Shown: piece after piece, positions 56,687 to 64,000 of the stretch | How positions within the stretch are numbered: the first letter of the stretch is position 1 | Layout of the letters: the number at the start of each line of letters is the position of its first letter | NCBI GenBank assembly: GCA_964613475.1 | Contig: CAZTGV010000004.1 | Span: 12,375-76,374, forward strand | Length of the DNA stretch: 64,000 bases | Direction of reading: 5' to 3' | Source: an uncultured Gemmatimonadota bacterium | GTDB lineage: Bacteria; Gemmatimonadota; Gemmatimonadetes; Palauibacterales; Palauibacteraceae | Made by a program: the position numbers and the translations under genes | Notes under the pieces: generated by a model | The model's database searches: none | The model's input: the letters and a program-made list of their open reading frames with translations, nothing else | What the model was told of the DNA's origin: nothing

Positions 56687-58941
56687 TCCCGCGCCGACTC
56701 CGAGAGCGACGGCTCCACCGGCTCGGAAGCGGGGGCGGCGCCGGCGCCGTTCTCCGGATCGGAGTCGGCCGCGCCGGGCCCGGCCGGGCCGCGGGCTTCG
56801 GACCGGGCCACCAGCCCGCTCCGCGCGCTCTCGATCAGCACGCGGCGGGTCTGCTCGTCCACGCTCCCCGGATCCGCTCGCACCGGAAGCTCCACCGTGA
56901 AGGTGGAGCCCTCGCCGACCGCGCTCTGGAGGGAGATGCTCCCCCCCAGCAGGGCGAGGAGCTTGCGGCTGATGGACAGCCCGAGGCCCGTGCCGCCGTA
57001 CTCACGGGTCGGCGACTGGTCCGCCTGGCGGAAGTCCTCGAAGATCACCTCGCGGTCCGCGGGCCCGATGCCGATGCCGGTGTCCTCGACCTCGAAGCGG
57101 AGCCGGTCGCCCTCGACGCGGGTCCGCAGCGCCACCCACCCCTCGGGCGTGTACTTGAGCGCGTTCTCGAGCAGGTTTAACAGAACCTGCCGCAGCTTGG
57201 TCGCATCGGTGCGAACCGTGGGGAGCCCGTCCTCGAGCTCCACCCGGAAGTCGAGCCCCTTCTCGTCGAACAGCGGCCCGAGCGCGTTCGCCACTTCGGT
57301 GACGAGCTCCTCGACCCGGAGCTCGGCGAGCCGCACCGGCATCTTCCCCGCCTCGATCTTGGAGAGGTCCAGGATCTCGCTGATCAGGGTGAGCAGGTGC
57401 TCCGAGGCGCTCCGGATCTTCTCCAGCGCCTTCCCCTGCTCCGCGGACGGATCCCCGTAGATGCCCTCCCGGAGGAGCGAGGTGTAGCCGAGCATCGCGT
57501 TGATCGGGGTCCGCAGCTCGTGGCTCATGCGGGCCAGGAATTCGCTCTTGAGGCGCGATGCCTTCTCCAGCTCCTGGCTCTGCCAGACCAGGAGCCGGTT
57601 CCGCTCCGCCAGCTCCGCCGTCGCGACCTCGATCCGCTCCTCCAGCTTTTCGTTCAGGCTCCGGAGCTCCTCGGCCAGGCGCTCGTTCTCCCGCTCCTGG
57701 GTCAGGTCGCGCAGCACCGTCACGACCGCCACGGGCTCGTCCAGCCGGCCCAGGATCTTCGTGTTCACCGCCTCCACCGGGATCGAGCCGCCGGTGGCCG
57801 GGTCGGTGAGCGACAGCCGCTCCTCCCGCCGCACCCGGCCCTGCAGCAGGAACTCGTTCACCAGGCTCGTGAAGCGGGTCACGTTCGCCCACAGGCGGCG
57901 GCGCCGCTCTCCCTCCGAGAGTCCCTCCGGCAGGTCGAACAGCCGCTCGGCCTCCGCGTTCATCAGGACGATGTTCGACTGCCCATCGGTGACCAGGATC
58001 GGCTCGGCCGCGTTTTCGATGATCGCGTTCAGCCGCTGCGTCTCCCTCCGGGCCCGGTGCTCGGCCGCGCGCGAGCGCCGGTACTCGAGGTCCAGCTCGT
58101 TCACCGCCCGCTTCAGGTCCGTGATGTCGCGAAGGACGGAGATCACGTGGCCGCCCTCGCTCCCCTCCGGCCGGAACGCCGTGGTGAGCACCTCGAACAG
58201 CAGGTCGGAGCCGTCGGTGGGATCCACCAGGTTGAGCTCCCGGCTGGCGCCGGCCTCCCCGGCCATCCGCTCCTGCGTGAGGAAGGCGCTGAACAGAAAG
58301 GTGTTCGTGCGTACCGCCCGCGCCCGCCCCACGCTGTCGCCCGGCTGGGAAGTGAAGAGGTCCATCGCGCGGCGGTTCGCCACCACGATGTCGTTGCGCG
58401 CGTCGGTCAGGATGACCGGATCGACCAGCTCGTCCTGGATGCGGGCCAGCAGCGCGCGCTCCCGCCCCAGCCGCTCGGCCCGCGCGCGCAGCCGCTCCGA
58501 CCGGCGCAGGCGGTGCAGCGCCGGCCCGCAGCGCTGGATCGCTCGCCCGAGGCGTTGCGCCTCCTCGTCCAGCGCCTCGGCGCGCAGCAGGACGCCGCCG
58601 AGCGGGACGTCCCGACCATCGGCGAAGGGGAGGACCACGCACGGGTCGAACGGCAGCGAGCCCTTCGAGGCCCCGGACAGGAGGACGGGCTCGGCGTCTC
58701 CGAGGGCGCGAGAGAGGCTCTGGGACTCCACCTCCACCGGCCCGGGCCGGGCGTCCGACTCGCCGACGGCCCCGTGCAGCTCCCAGCCACCCTCGCGCCG
58801 CCGCAGGGCCACCGCCCCCCGGCGGAACGGACCGCGGGTCAGCGCGGTGGCGAGCAGCACGGTCACGGCCTCCCGGATTCCCGACGCGCGGGAGATCTCC
58901 TCCAGGAGCTCGGCGACCAGCCGGTCCTCCGGGTCGCTCAT
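56683..58941 (-). CDS. soluble multi-sensor histidine kinase (GAF + PAS domains, HisKA, HATPase_c), no receiver
   Basis: H box SHELRTPINAMLGYTSLL, N box LLNLLENALKYT, G boxes DTGIGI and GGTGLGLSISRKL. No obvious TM helix. It starts 24 nt after the gvpA stop and forms an ATGA overlap with purM. Confidence 0.85.
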   Translation of the reverse strand: MSDPEDRLVAELLEEISRASGIREAVTVLLATALTRGPFRRGAVALRRREGGWELHGAVGESDARPGPVEVESQSLSRALGDAEPVLLSGASKGSLPFDPCVVLPFADGRDVPLGGVLLRAEALDEEAQRLGRAIQRCGPALHRLRRSERLRARAERLGRERALLARIQDELVDPVILTDARNDIVVANRRAMDLFTSQPGDSVGRARAVRTNTFLFSAFLTQERMAGEAGASRELNLVDPTDGSDLLFEVLTTAFRPEGSEGGHVISVLRDITDLKRAVNELDLEYRRSRAAEHRARRETQRLNAIIENAAEPILVTDGQSNIVLMNAEAERLFDLPEGLSEGERRRRLWANVTRFTSLVNEFLLQGRVRREERLSLTDPATGGSIPVEAVNTKILGRLDEPVAVVTVLRDLTQERENERLAEELRSLNEKLEERIEVATAELAERNRLLVWQSQELEKASRLKSEFLARMSHELRTPINAMLGYTSLLREGIYGDPSAEQGKALEKIRSASEHLLTLISEILDLSKIEAGKMPVRLAELRVEELVTEVANALGPLFDEKGLDFRVELEDGLPTVRTDATKLRQVLLNLLENALKYTPEGWVALRTRVEGDRLRFEVEDTGIGIGPADREVIFEDFRQADQSPTREYGGTGLGLSISRKLLALLGGSISLQSAVGEGSTFTVELPVRADPGSVDEQTRRVLIESARSGLVARSEARGPAGPGAADSDPENGAGAAPASEPVEPSLSESARE

Positions 58942-58965
58942 GGCCTCCAGCGGGTCCGCGGGTCG

Positions 58966-59253
58966 CTAGGACTCTTCCCGCATCCGCCGCTCCAGCGTGG
59001 CGAGCCGCGATTCCAGCTCCACGGCATCCGCCGCGCCGAGCGCCGGCCGGGACACCGTCCCGATCGCGCTGATCGAGTCGGCGTACTTCAGATACGTCTC
59101 CACCGAGGCGACCACGATGCGCGCCTCGACGCTCACCAGGTCGATCCCGACCAGGCTCACGCGCACGTACGCGTCGATCACGATCCCCTTGTCCAGGACC
59201 CGATCGAGGACATCGATCAGGCTGGTTCCTGCGGGCGCTCTCTCGACCGCCAT
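58966..59253 (-). CDS. gvpA: gas vesicle structural protein GvpA
   Basis: [48 protein letters not shown] is almost identical in pattern to canonical GvpA. RBS GGAGGAGG. It carries a C-terminal extension of about 25 aa. Confidence 0.9.
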   Translation of the reverse strand: MAVERAPAGTSLIDVLDRVLDKGIVIDAYVRVSLVGIDLVSVEARIVVASVETYLKYADSISAIGTVSRPALGAADAVELESRLATLERRMREES

Positions 59254-59269
59254 TGCCTCCTCCTCTCGC

Positions 59270-59623
59270 CTATTCGCCGGCGCTTCCGCCGGGCTTCCGG
59301 GAGCGCTCGATCGCCTCGAGCCGGGCTCCGAGCGACGCCATCTGCTCTTCCAGCCCGCCGATCGCCTCCCGGCGCGCCGCGCCGCTGCTCAGACTCGGAT
59401 CGCTCCGCCACCAGTCCAGCCCGATCTCCTGGGCCTTGTCGATCGAGCACACGAGCAGCCGGATGCGGATCGTGAGCAGCTCGACATCGGCCAGCCCCAC
59501 GCGGATGTCGCCCGCGATGACCAGCCCCTTCTCCAGAATACGGTCCAATACGTCCACGAGGCTCTGGCCCCGCGTGGACGGCCCGAGATCGCGTCTCGTC
59601 GCCACCGTGGTCCTCTCGTCCAT
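59270..59623 (-). CDS. gvpJ: gas vesicle protein GvpJ (GvpA/J/M family)
   Basis: [52 protein letters not shown]. Confidence 0.85.
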   Translation of the reverse strand: MDERTTVATRRDLGPSTRGQSLVDVLDRILEKGLVIAGDIRVGLADVELLTIRIRLLVCSIDKAQEIGLDWWRSDPSLSSGAARREAIGGLEEQMASLGARLEAIERSRKPGGSAGE

Positions 59624-59657
59624 CCCGATCCCTTCGGCCCGCCTCGCGAGCTCGGCT

Positions 59658-59939
59658 CTAGAGCAGCCCGCGGAGCGGGCCGAGGTCCAGCCGGAGGTCC
59701 CGATCCTCCAGGCCGAACGCGTCTTTCAGCTCGTCCATCCGCTGGCGCAGGCGGAGGAAGGCCTGACCGAGGCGCTCCACCTCCTCCTCGCTCAGCGAGC
59801 CCGACTCCATGCGCCCGACCGCCTGCCGCTCGAGCACCTGCCGCAGCAGCTCGAGGACGGTGAGCACCAGCTGCGCGAGTCCCCGGTCCAGGTCCTCACG
59901 CTCCAGGTCCAGCCGCTCGGGGAGCGTCGCGCCGCTCAT
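59658..59939 (-). CDS. gvpK: gas vesicle protein GvpK
   Basis: ATG at 59939 forms an ATGA overlap. LDRGLAQLVLTVLELLRQVLERQAVGRMESGSLSEEEVERLGQAF. Confidence 0.8.
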   Translation of the reverse strand: MSGATLPERLDLEREDLDRGLAQLVLTVLELLRQVLERQAVGRMESGSLSEEEVERLGQAFLRLRQRMDELKDAFGLEDRDLRLDLGPLRGLL

Positions 59940-60664
59940 CCGGCGAACGAGTACGGGGGCGACGGGCCGTCGATCACGATCCGCAGCTCGGAGCGGCCGG
60001 CGCGCCAGGCTCTGGCCGACGCCGCGTACGCCTCCGCGTCCGGCCGCTTCACCAGATGGGCGATGGTGGCCGTCCGCGCTCCGGCGTCCGGGACGTCCAC
60101 CCGCTCGTCGCGCACGAGCGGCCCGACCCGCTCCCGCAGCTCCTCCGCCAGGTGGCGCCCCCACTCCAGGGCCTCCCGCTCGGCGCGCTCGCGCCGGGCG
60201 AGCGATTCCAGGTACGCGCGGCCCGCCCCCGGCTCCCGCTCCGCTCGGTCCGGGCCGCCATCGCGCCGCCCGCTCCCGTTCGAGGAGGGCTCGCGCGCGG
60301 CCGGACCCGACGTCCCGGAGGCCGCCCGGACCGCGATCGCGAACTCGACCGCCCCGCGCACCGCCTCCAGCCGCGTCCGGTAACGCTCCCGATCCTCGAG
60401 GAGGCGGTTCACGAGCGCCTCCCCGGTGGCGAACCACTGGCCGAACCGGGCGGGGAGCGGCGTCGCGTCGCCACCGGCCGCATCCCGCACCACCCGATCG
60501 TGGGCGCGCACCCGGTCGAGCGACGGGCTCGGCCGCACCGGGAGCTCCGAGACGAGCGCGCGGAGAGGCCCCGACCTCAACACGCGAACCGGCGAGCCGT
60601 CGACGCCGGGCGCGCTCCCGGCCGCCAGCCCGGGAGGGCCGACCGCGTACAGGTACCAGCCCAT
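59936..60664 (-). CDS. gvpL: gas vesicle protein, GvpL/GvpF family
   Basis: MGWYLYAV... N-terminus, VLPARFG-like (PLPARFG) and C-terminal GPSPPYSF. Confidence 0.8.
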   Translation of the reverse strand: MGWYLYAVGPPGLAAGSAPGVDGSPVRVLRSGPLRALVSELPVRPSPSLDRVRAHDRVVRDAAGGDATPLPARFGQWFATGEALVNRLLEDRERYRTRLEAVRGAVEFAIAVRAASGTSGPAAREPSSNGSGRRDGGPDRAEREPGAGRAYLESLARRERAEREALEWGRHLAEELRERVGPLVRDERVDVPDAGARTATIAHLVKRPDAEAYAASARAWRAGRSELRIVIDGPSPPYSFAG

Positions 60665-60921
60665 CAGCCGGCCGTCTCTCCGAACGGCCCGGCCGGAGGC
60701 CGCGCGGCGGCGCGCTGCAGCGTCTCGACCGAGGAGAGCACCAGGTCGAGCCCGAGGTACAGCAGATCGACCCCCGCCACGCCGATCACCACCTCGCCGG
60801 TCACCACGACTCCGCGGTCCAGCACGCGGCTTACCAGAGCGGCCAGGGCCATCTCCTCGTCGGCCGGGGCGGCCGACCGCCGCCGCTCAACCGGCGCGCG
60901 GGTGATCCGGTCCATCCTCAT
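60664..60921 (-). CDS. gvpS: small gas vesicle protein of the GvpA/J/S family (GvpS-like)
   Basis: LAALVSRVLDRGVVVTGEVVIGVAGVDLLYLGLDLVLSSVETL. The start may instead be the ATG at 60852, which avoids a 35-nt overlap with gvpF. Confidence 0.75.
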   Translation of the reverse strand: MRMDRITRAPVERRRSAAPADEEMALAALVSRVLDRGVVVTGEVVIGVAGVDLLYLGLDLVLSSVETLQRAAARPPAGPFGETAG

Positions 60922-61717
60922 CCGATCCTTCCATGAACCGATAGGGCGCCCAGGGACCCGAGAAGGCGACCCGGAGACCCACCGCTTCGAGGTCCGGTGT
61001 CCGCGCCTCCACGTCGCTCCGCAGCGCCGCCTCCTGGTCTTCCGGTACGAGCAAAGCCGCGTTCAGGACCACGGGCAGGTCCGCGGCATCGGTCGGCGCC
61101 TCCAGGAGCCGCGCCGCGTCCGTGCGCGGGCGCAGCGCGTCCAGCAGCTCCCGGGCGAGCCGGCGGGCGCTCGCGACCGACTCCTCGTGCAGGATACGGG
61201 CGCGCTTACGCTCCAGCAAATAGCGCGTCCCGGGCGCCGCGGCGTCGATCCGCGCGTCCAGCTCGGCGACCTCGTCGGACAGCTCCGGGAGCCGGGCGGC
61301 GATCTCGTCCGCGTCGTAGCTCACCTTGAGGTCCCACTCCCGGCGCCCGCGCAGGCGCGCCAGCTCCGCGCGGATCGTCGCGTCCCGCGCCTCGACGTCG
61401 CGCGCCAGGCGCTCCAGCGAGCTGTACAGGGTGAGGAGGCGCGCGGGGAGGATGGTGGTCGCGTCCACGAAGCGGTTGATCACCCCCTCGTGGCGAAGGC
61501 CCTGCTCGGCCACCCAGTCCAGGTCCGTAAGCTTCGGGCGCACGGCCTCCGCTTCGTAGCGCTCCGCCGGAACCCGGCCGATGGCGGCGGCGAAGGCCCC
61601 GAGCTCCACCACCTCGACCGGCCGGTCCGCCACCCCGCGCAGGTCGGAGGGCGGATGAGTGCCGCTCGGCAGGAAGCCGTACAGGTAGATCACGTCCGTC
61701 ACCGCTCCCTCCTCCAC
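60887..61717 (-). CDS. gvpF: gas vesicle protein, GvpF/GvpL family
   Basis: VIYLYGFLP..., TTILPARLLTLY, and C-terminal SGPWAPYRF. Confidence 0.8.
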   Translation of the reverse strand: MEEGAVTDVIYLYGFLPSGTHPPSDLRGVADRPVEVVELGAFAAAIGRVPAERYEAEAVRPKLTDLDWVAEQGLRHEGVINRFVDATTILPARLLTLYSSLERLARDVEARDATIRAELARLRGRREWDLKVSYDADEIAARLPELSDEVAELDARIDAAAPGTRYLLERKRARILHEESVASARRLARELLDALRPRTDAARLLEAPTDAADLPVVLNAALLVPEDQEAALRSDVEARTPDLEAVGLRVAFSGPWAPYRFMEGSDEDGPDHPRAG

Positions 61718-61748
61718 CCGGTCCGGCCGCGCGTGGCTCGCCCGCGGC

Positions 61749-63662
61749 TCACGCCACCCGCCTCCACGCCCCCGCGAACGCCCGGAGAGCCCCGGGGCCG
61801 GCGGGGGGCGGCATCTGGTCCGGGGCGGCCAGGACCGGGGCCTCCGCCGCCCGGCAGGCGGAGAGCTCGGCCCCCATCCGCACCGCCTCGGCGGCCGAGG
61901 TCCGGTTCCAGATCAGGCCGGCGAGGGGGACTCCTGCACGGACCAGGCCGTCGCACAACCGCCGGGTCTCGGAGACCACCATCGGCTCGGGCAGGGTCAC
62001 GGGCACCGCGCCGGTCCGGCCCGGGTCCGCCAGCGCCTCCCGGAAGGCGCGGATCCGCCGGGCGAGGCGCAGCAGCCGCTCCGCCGGCTCGCGCAGCCCC
62101 ACCACCTCTCGGTACTTGAGCACCAGCCGCATCAGGGCGTGGATCCAGCCGAGCGCCACCTCCGGCGCCTCGAGGAAGCGGAAGAAGTGCCCGGTCGGCG
62201 CCGCGTCCAGCACGAGCACGTCCTCGGCGTCCGCCTCCGCCAGGAGCGCGAGCGCGGCCAGTTCGTCCAGGCCGGGCGGGGCCAACTCCAGAAAGCGCTC
62301 CAGCACCTCGCGGTCCAGCGTGGCCCCGCCCGCCAGCCCGACGCCGGCCGCCACCGCCTCGACGTCGGAGCGGCTGCGCTCCCGGAAGGCGCGTAGCTCG
62401 GCCTCGGGCTCCACCTGCCGGACGAGCAGCCGCTCCCCCACCCGCACGCCGTCCCGGCCCACGGGCCGACCGAGCAGGTCGCCGATCGAGCCCGCCGGAT
62501 CCACCCCGACCAGGAGGACGGAGGAGGATGCGGAGAGCGCCAGGGCGCAGGCGGTGGCGCAGGTGGTCTTCCCGACCCCGCCCTTGCCGACGAACAGGAG
62601 CCGCTCGCGCCCGCCGAGCAAGAGCCCTGCGGCGCTTGGCTTCGCCGCGCCCGCCGCCCGCTCCCGCCTCGCGCCCTGCCCGGAACCGCGTCCCGCGGTC
62701 GTCCGCCGCGGCGCCGCCTTCGGGCCCGCGCCGAAGGCCGGATGGGGCGCCGTCCGCCAGCCGTCGCCCCACGCGCGAAGCGCCGCGCAGCCCGCGCGGG
62801 CACCCGCGGGCGCGGCGAACGCCGGGGCTCCGCCGTCTCCGCTGCCCTCCGAAGCCCCCAGAGCGCCGGCGGCCGCGGCCCGCGACGCCGGCGCGCCCGT
62901 CCCCTCGGACCCGACCCGCACCGTGGCGGCGAGCCGGAGGCCGCGCGCCCGGAGCGCCCCGGCGAGCCGGGCCGATTCCTTCCGCACGGCCGGCTCCCCG
63001 CGCCACGTCAGCACCCAGGCCGCGCGGTCCAGGAAGCGCTCGTACGCCCTCCGCTCCGCCGCCAGGTCGTCCAGGAAGTCCTCCGAGGCCAGGCGCACCG
63101 GGCCGCCGGCGAAGCTGGAGGCCACGACGGTCGCCTTGCGGGCCAGGGCGCCGAGCCACGTCTCCCAACCGCGGAGGAGCGCGCCCGCCTCGAGCAGCCG
63201 GAGCGCGTGGCCGGTGGGGGCGGTGTCGACGACCAGGCGGAGGCCCTCCCGTCGAGCCAGGGCCGCGAGCCGGCGCGCCCCCATCCACTCGTCCGCCCCC
63301 GGCAGGGCGCGGCCGAGGATGTCCTCGATGTCCTCGTCGTCCAGGTAGGTCCCGCGGTCGAGGAGTTCCCGGAGGGGCTCCCGGGCCCCCTCCAGCCAGC
63401 CGGCGAGCGCCGCGGTGGCGTCGAAGGCCTCCAACCGGAGGTCGGCCGCGCACTCGCACGCCACGGGCTCCCCCGACGGCACCGGCTGTCCGAACAGGTC
63501 TCCCAGGGAATGGGCCGGATCCAGCGAGAGGAGATGGGTGGGCTCGCCGCGGTCGGCGAACGAGAGGGCGAGCGCGCCCGCGGTCGTGGTCTTTCCCACC
63601 CCGCCCTTCCCGACGACGACCACGGGTCGATCGCCGGCCGCCTCGAGCAGCCGGGGGATCAC
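61749..63662 (-). CDS. tandem (pseudo-dimeric) ArsA/Get3-family ATPase embedded in the gas-vesicle operon
   Basis: GTG at 63662 forms a GTGA overlap with the gvpG stop. There are two halves. Each has a deviant Walker A (VVVVGKGGVGKTT, LLFVGKGGVGKTT), an SLDPAHS/GVDPAGS segment and the ArsA signature (VVDTAPTGHALRLL, VLDAAPTGHFFRFL). The halves are joined by an Ala/Gly-rich linker. Confidence 0.8.
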   Translation of the reverse strand: MIPRLLEAAGDRPVVVVGKGGVGKTTTAGALALSFADRGEPTHLLSLDPAHSLGDLFGQPVPSGEPVACECAADLRLEAFDATAALAGWLEGAREPLRELLDRGTYLDDEDIEDILGRALPGADEWMGARRLAALARREGLRLVVDTAPTGHALRLLEAGALLRGWETWLGALARKATVVASSFAGGPVRLASEDFLDDLAAERRAYERFLDRAAWVLTWRGEPAVRKESARLAGALRARGLRLAATVRVGSEGTGAPASRAAAAGALGASEGSGDGGAPAFAAPAGARAGCAALRAWGDGWRTAPHPAFGAGPKAAPRRTTAGRGSGQGARRERAAGAAKPSAAGLLLGGRERLLFVGKGGVGKTTCATACALALSASSSVLLVGVDPAGSIGDLLGRPVGRDGVRVGERLLVRQVEPEAELRAFRERSRSDVEAVAAGVGLAGGATLDREVLERFLELAPPGLDELAALALLAEADAEDVLVLDAAPTGHFFRFLEAPEVALGWIHALMRLVLKYREVVGLREPAERLLRLARRIRAFREALADPGRTGAVPVTLPEPMVVSETRRLCDGLVRAGVPLAGLIWNRTSAAEAVRMGAELSACRAAEAPVLAAPDQMPPPAGPGALRAFAGAWRRVA

Positions 63663-64000
63663 TCCGGCGGCGCCGGTCGCCTCCCGGAGTCCCCGCCCGA
63701 CACCGTCCCGTCTCCCCGCTCCGGGGTATCCGCATCGGCGGGCGGCTCCCCCGCCGCGCCGGGACCGCCCTCCATGCCCAGGACGCCGCCCGCGCCCGGA
63801 AGGCCGAGGCGGCGCCGCCACTCGCGCGTCTCCCGCAGCCGGCGCATCAGCTCGGCCTCGCGCTCCACGTACGTCTCCTCATCGATCTCGCCCAGCTCGA
63901 GTCGGAGCTGGAGCTCGAGCAGCTTCTCGCGCACGGCCGCGTCGTCCGCCACCTCGCGGAGCGCCGCGTCCCGCGTCTGGCGGAGCGAGAAGCCGAGCAG
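63659..64000 (-). CDS. gvpG: gas vesicle protein GvpG, partial (5' end beyond window)
   Basis: The frame is open to the window edge. ...LREVADDAAVREKLLELQLRLELGEIDEETYVEREAELMRRL matches the GvpG helical motif. A Gly/Pro-rich tail follows. Confidence 0.75.
   Translation of the reverse strand: MLGFSLRQTRDAALREVADDAAVREKLLELQLRLELGEIDEETYVEREAELMRRLRETREWRRRLGLPGAGGVLGMEGGPGAAGEPPADADTPERGDGTVSGGDSGRRPAPPE

Noticed and set aside
61749-63662. Interpreting the ArsA-like gene as an arsenic-resistance pump ATPase
   Set aside because: No arsR, arsB, arsC or arsD lies in the vicinity, and the gene is start/stop-coupled to gvpG. The context argues for a gas-vesicle role. The metalloid-binding cysteines should still be checked by alignment.
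61699-63735. 678-aa alternative-frame minus-strand ORF, and the plus-strand ORFs 60056-62119 and 62116-63348 across the gvp/ArsA region
   Set aside because: They have low-complexity R/G/P/A composition. They are mutually exclusive with the frame that carries two complete ArsA signatures and with the GvpF frame.

Overview
The window is visibly very GC-rich bacterial chromosome, and almost all genes lie on the minus strand. Many neighbouring genes overlap by 4 nt (GTGA or ATGA), which I used to place start codons. The GC richness produces many long spurious ORFs in the wrong frame or on the opposite strand.

All family assignments come from motifs I recognise by eye. No searches were run. Envelope genes (lpxH, an lptE-like gene, mlaEFD, a TonB-dependent receptor) indicate a Gram-negative organism. 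A DUF5683-like protein and a T9SS/FlgD-Ig-like C-terminal domain hint at a Gemmatimonadota- or FCB-like lineage, which is inference only.

Gene content by position:
- 0.3-5.7 kb: aa3-type cytochrome c oxidase genes ctaB, subunit IV, ctaE, ctaD and ctaC, plus a cupredoxin lipoprotein.
- 5.8-16.8 kb: an unusual module described below.
- 17-29 kb: housekeeping genes hldC, hemC, lpxH, murI, ridA, hldA, mlaEFD and greA, plus selC (tRNA-Sec) and tmRNA.
- 29.6-34.8 kb: larB, ptsN, selB and recO.
- 34.8-41.3 kb: a cobalamin-riboswitch-controlled uptake operon.
- 41.3-44.5 kb: a bifunctional nuclease, ahcY and metK.
- 44.6-50.4 kb: ptsI, HPr, mannose-type PTS components IIA to IID, hprK and hpf.
- 50.3-58.9 kb: a glycosyltransferase, nusB, ribH, ribBA, ribE, ribD, purM and a GAF-PAS histidine kinase.
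- 59-64 kb: a gas-vesicle cluster that runs off the right edge of the window.

Two candidates look like undescribed biology:
1. The 5.8-16.8 kb module contains three c-type cytochromes, a CydA-like oxidase with no cydB, a NirJ/AhbD-like radical SAM enzyme, a tandem-USP protein, a ferredoxin and an Mrp ATPase. Four copies of a PCP_red-like domain link three of these proteins.
2. A tandem ArsA/Get3-type ATPase is translationally coupled inside the gas-vesicle operon. No gvpN is visible in the window.
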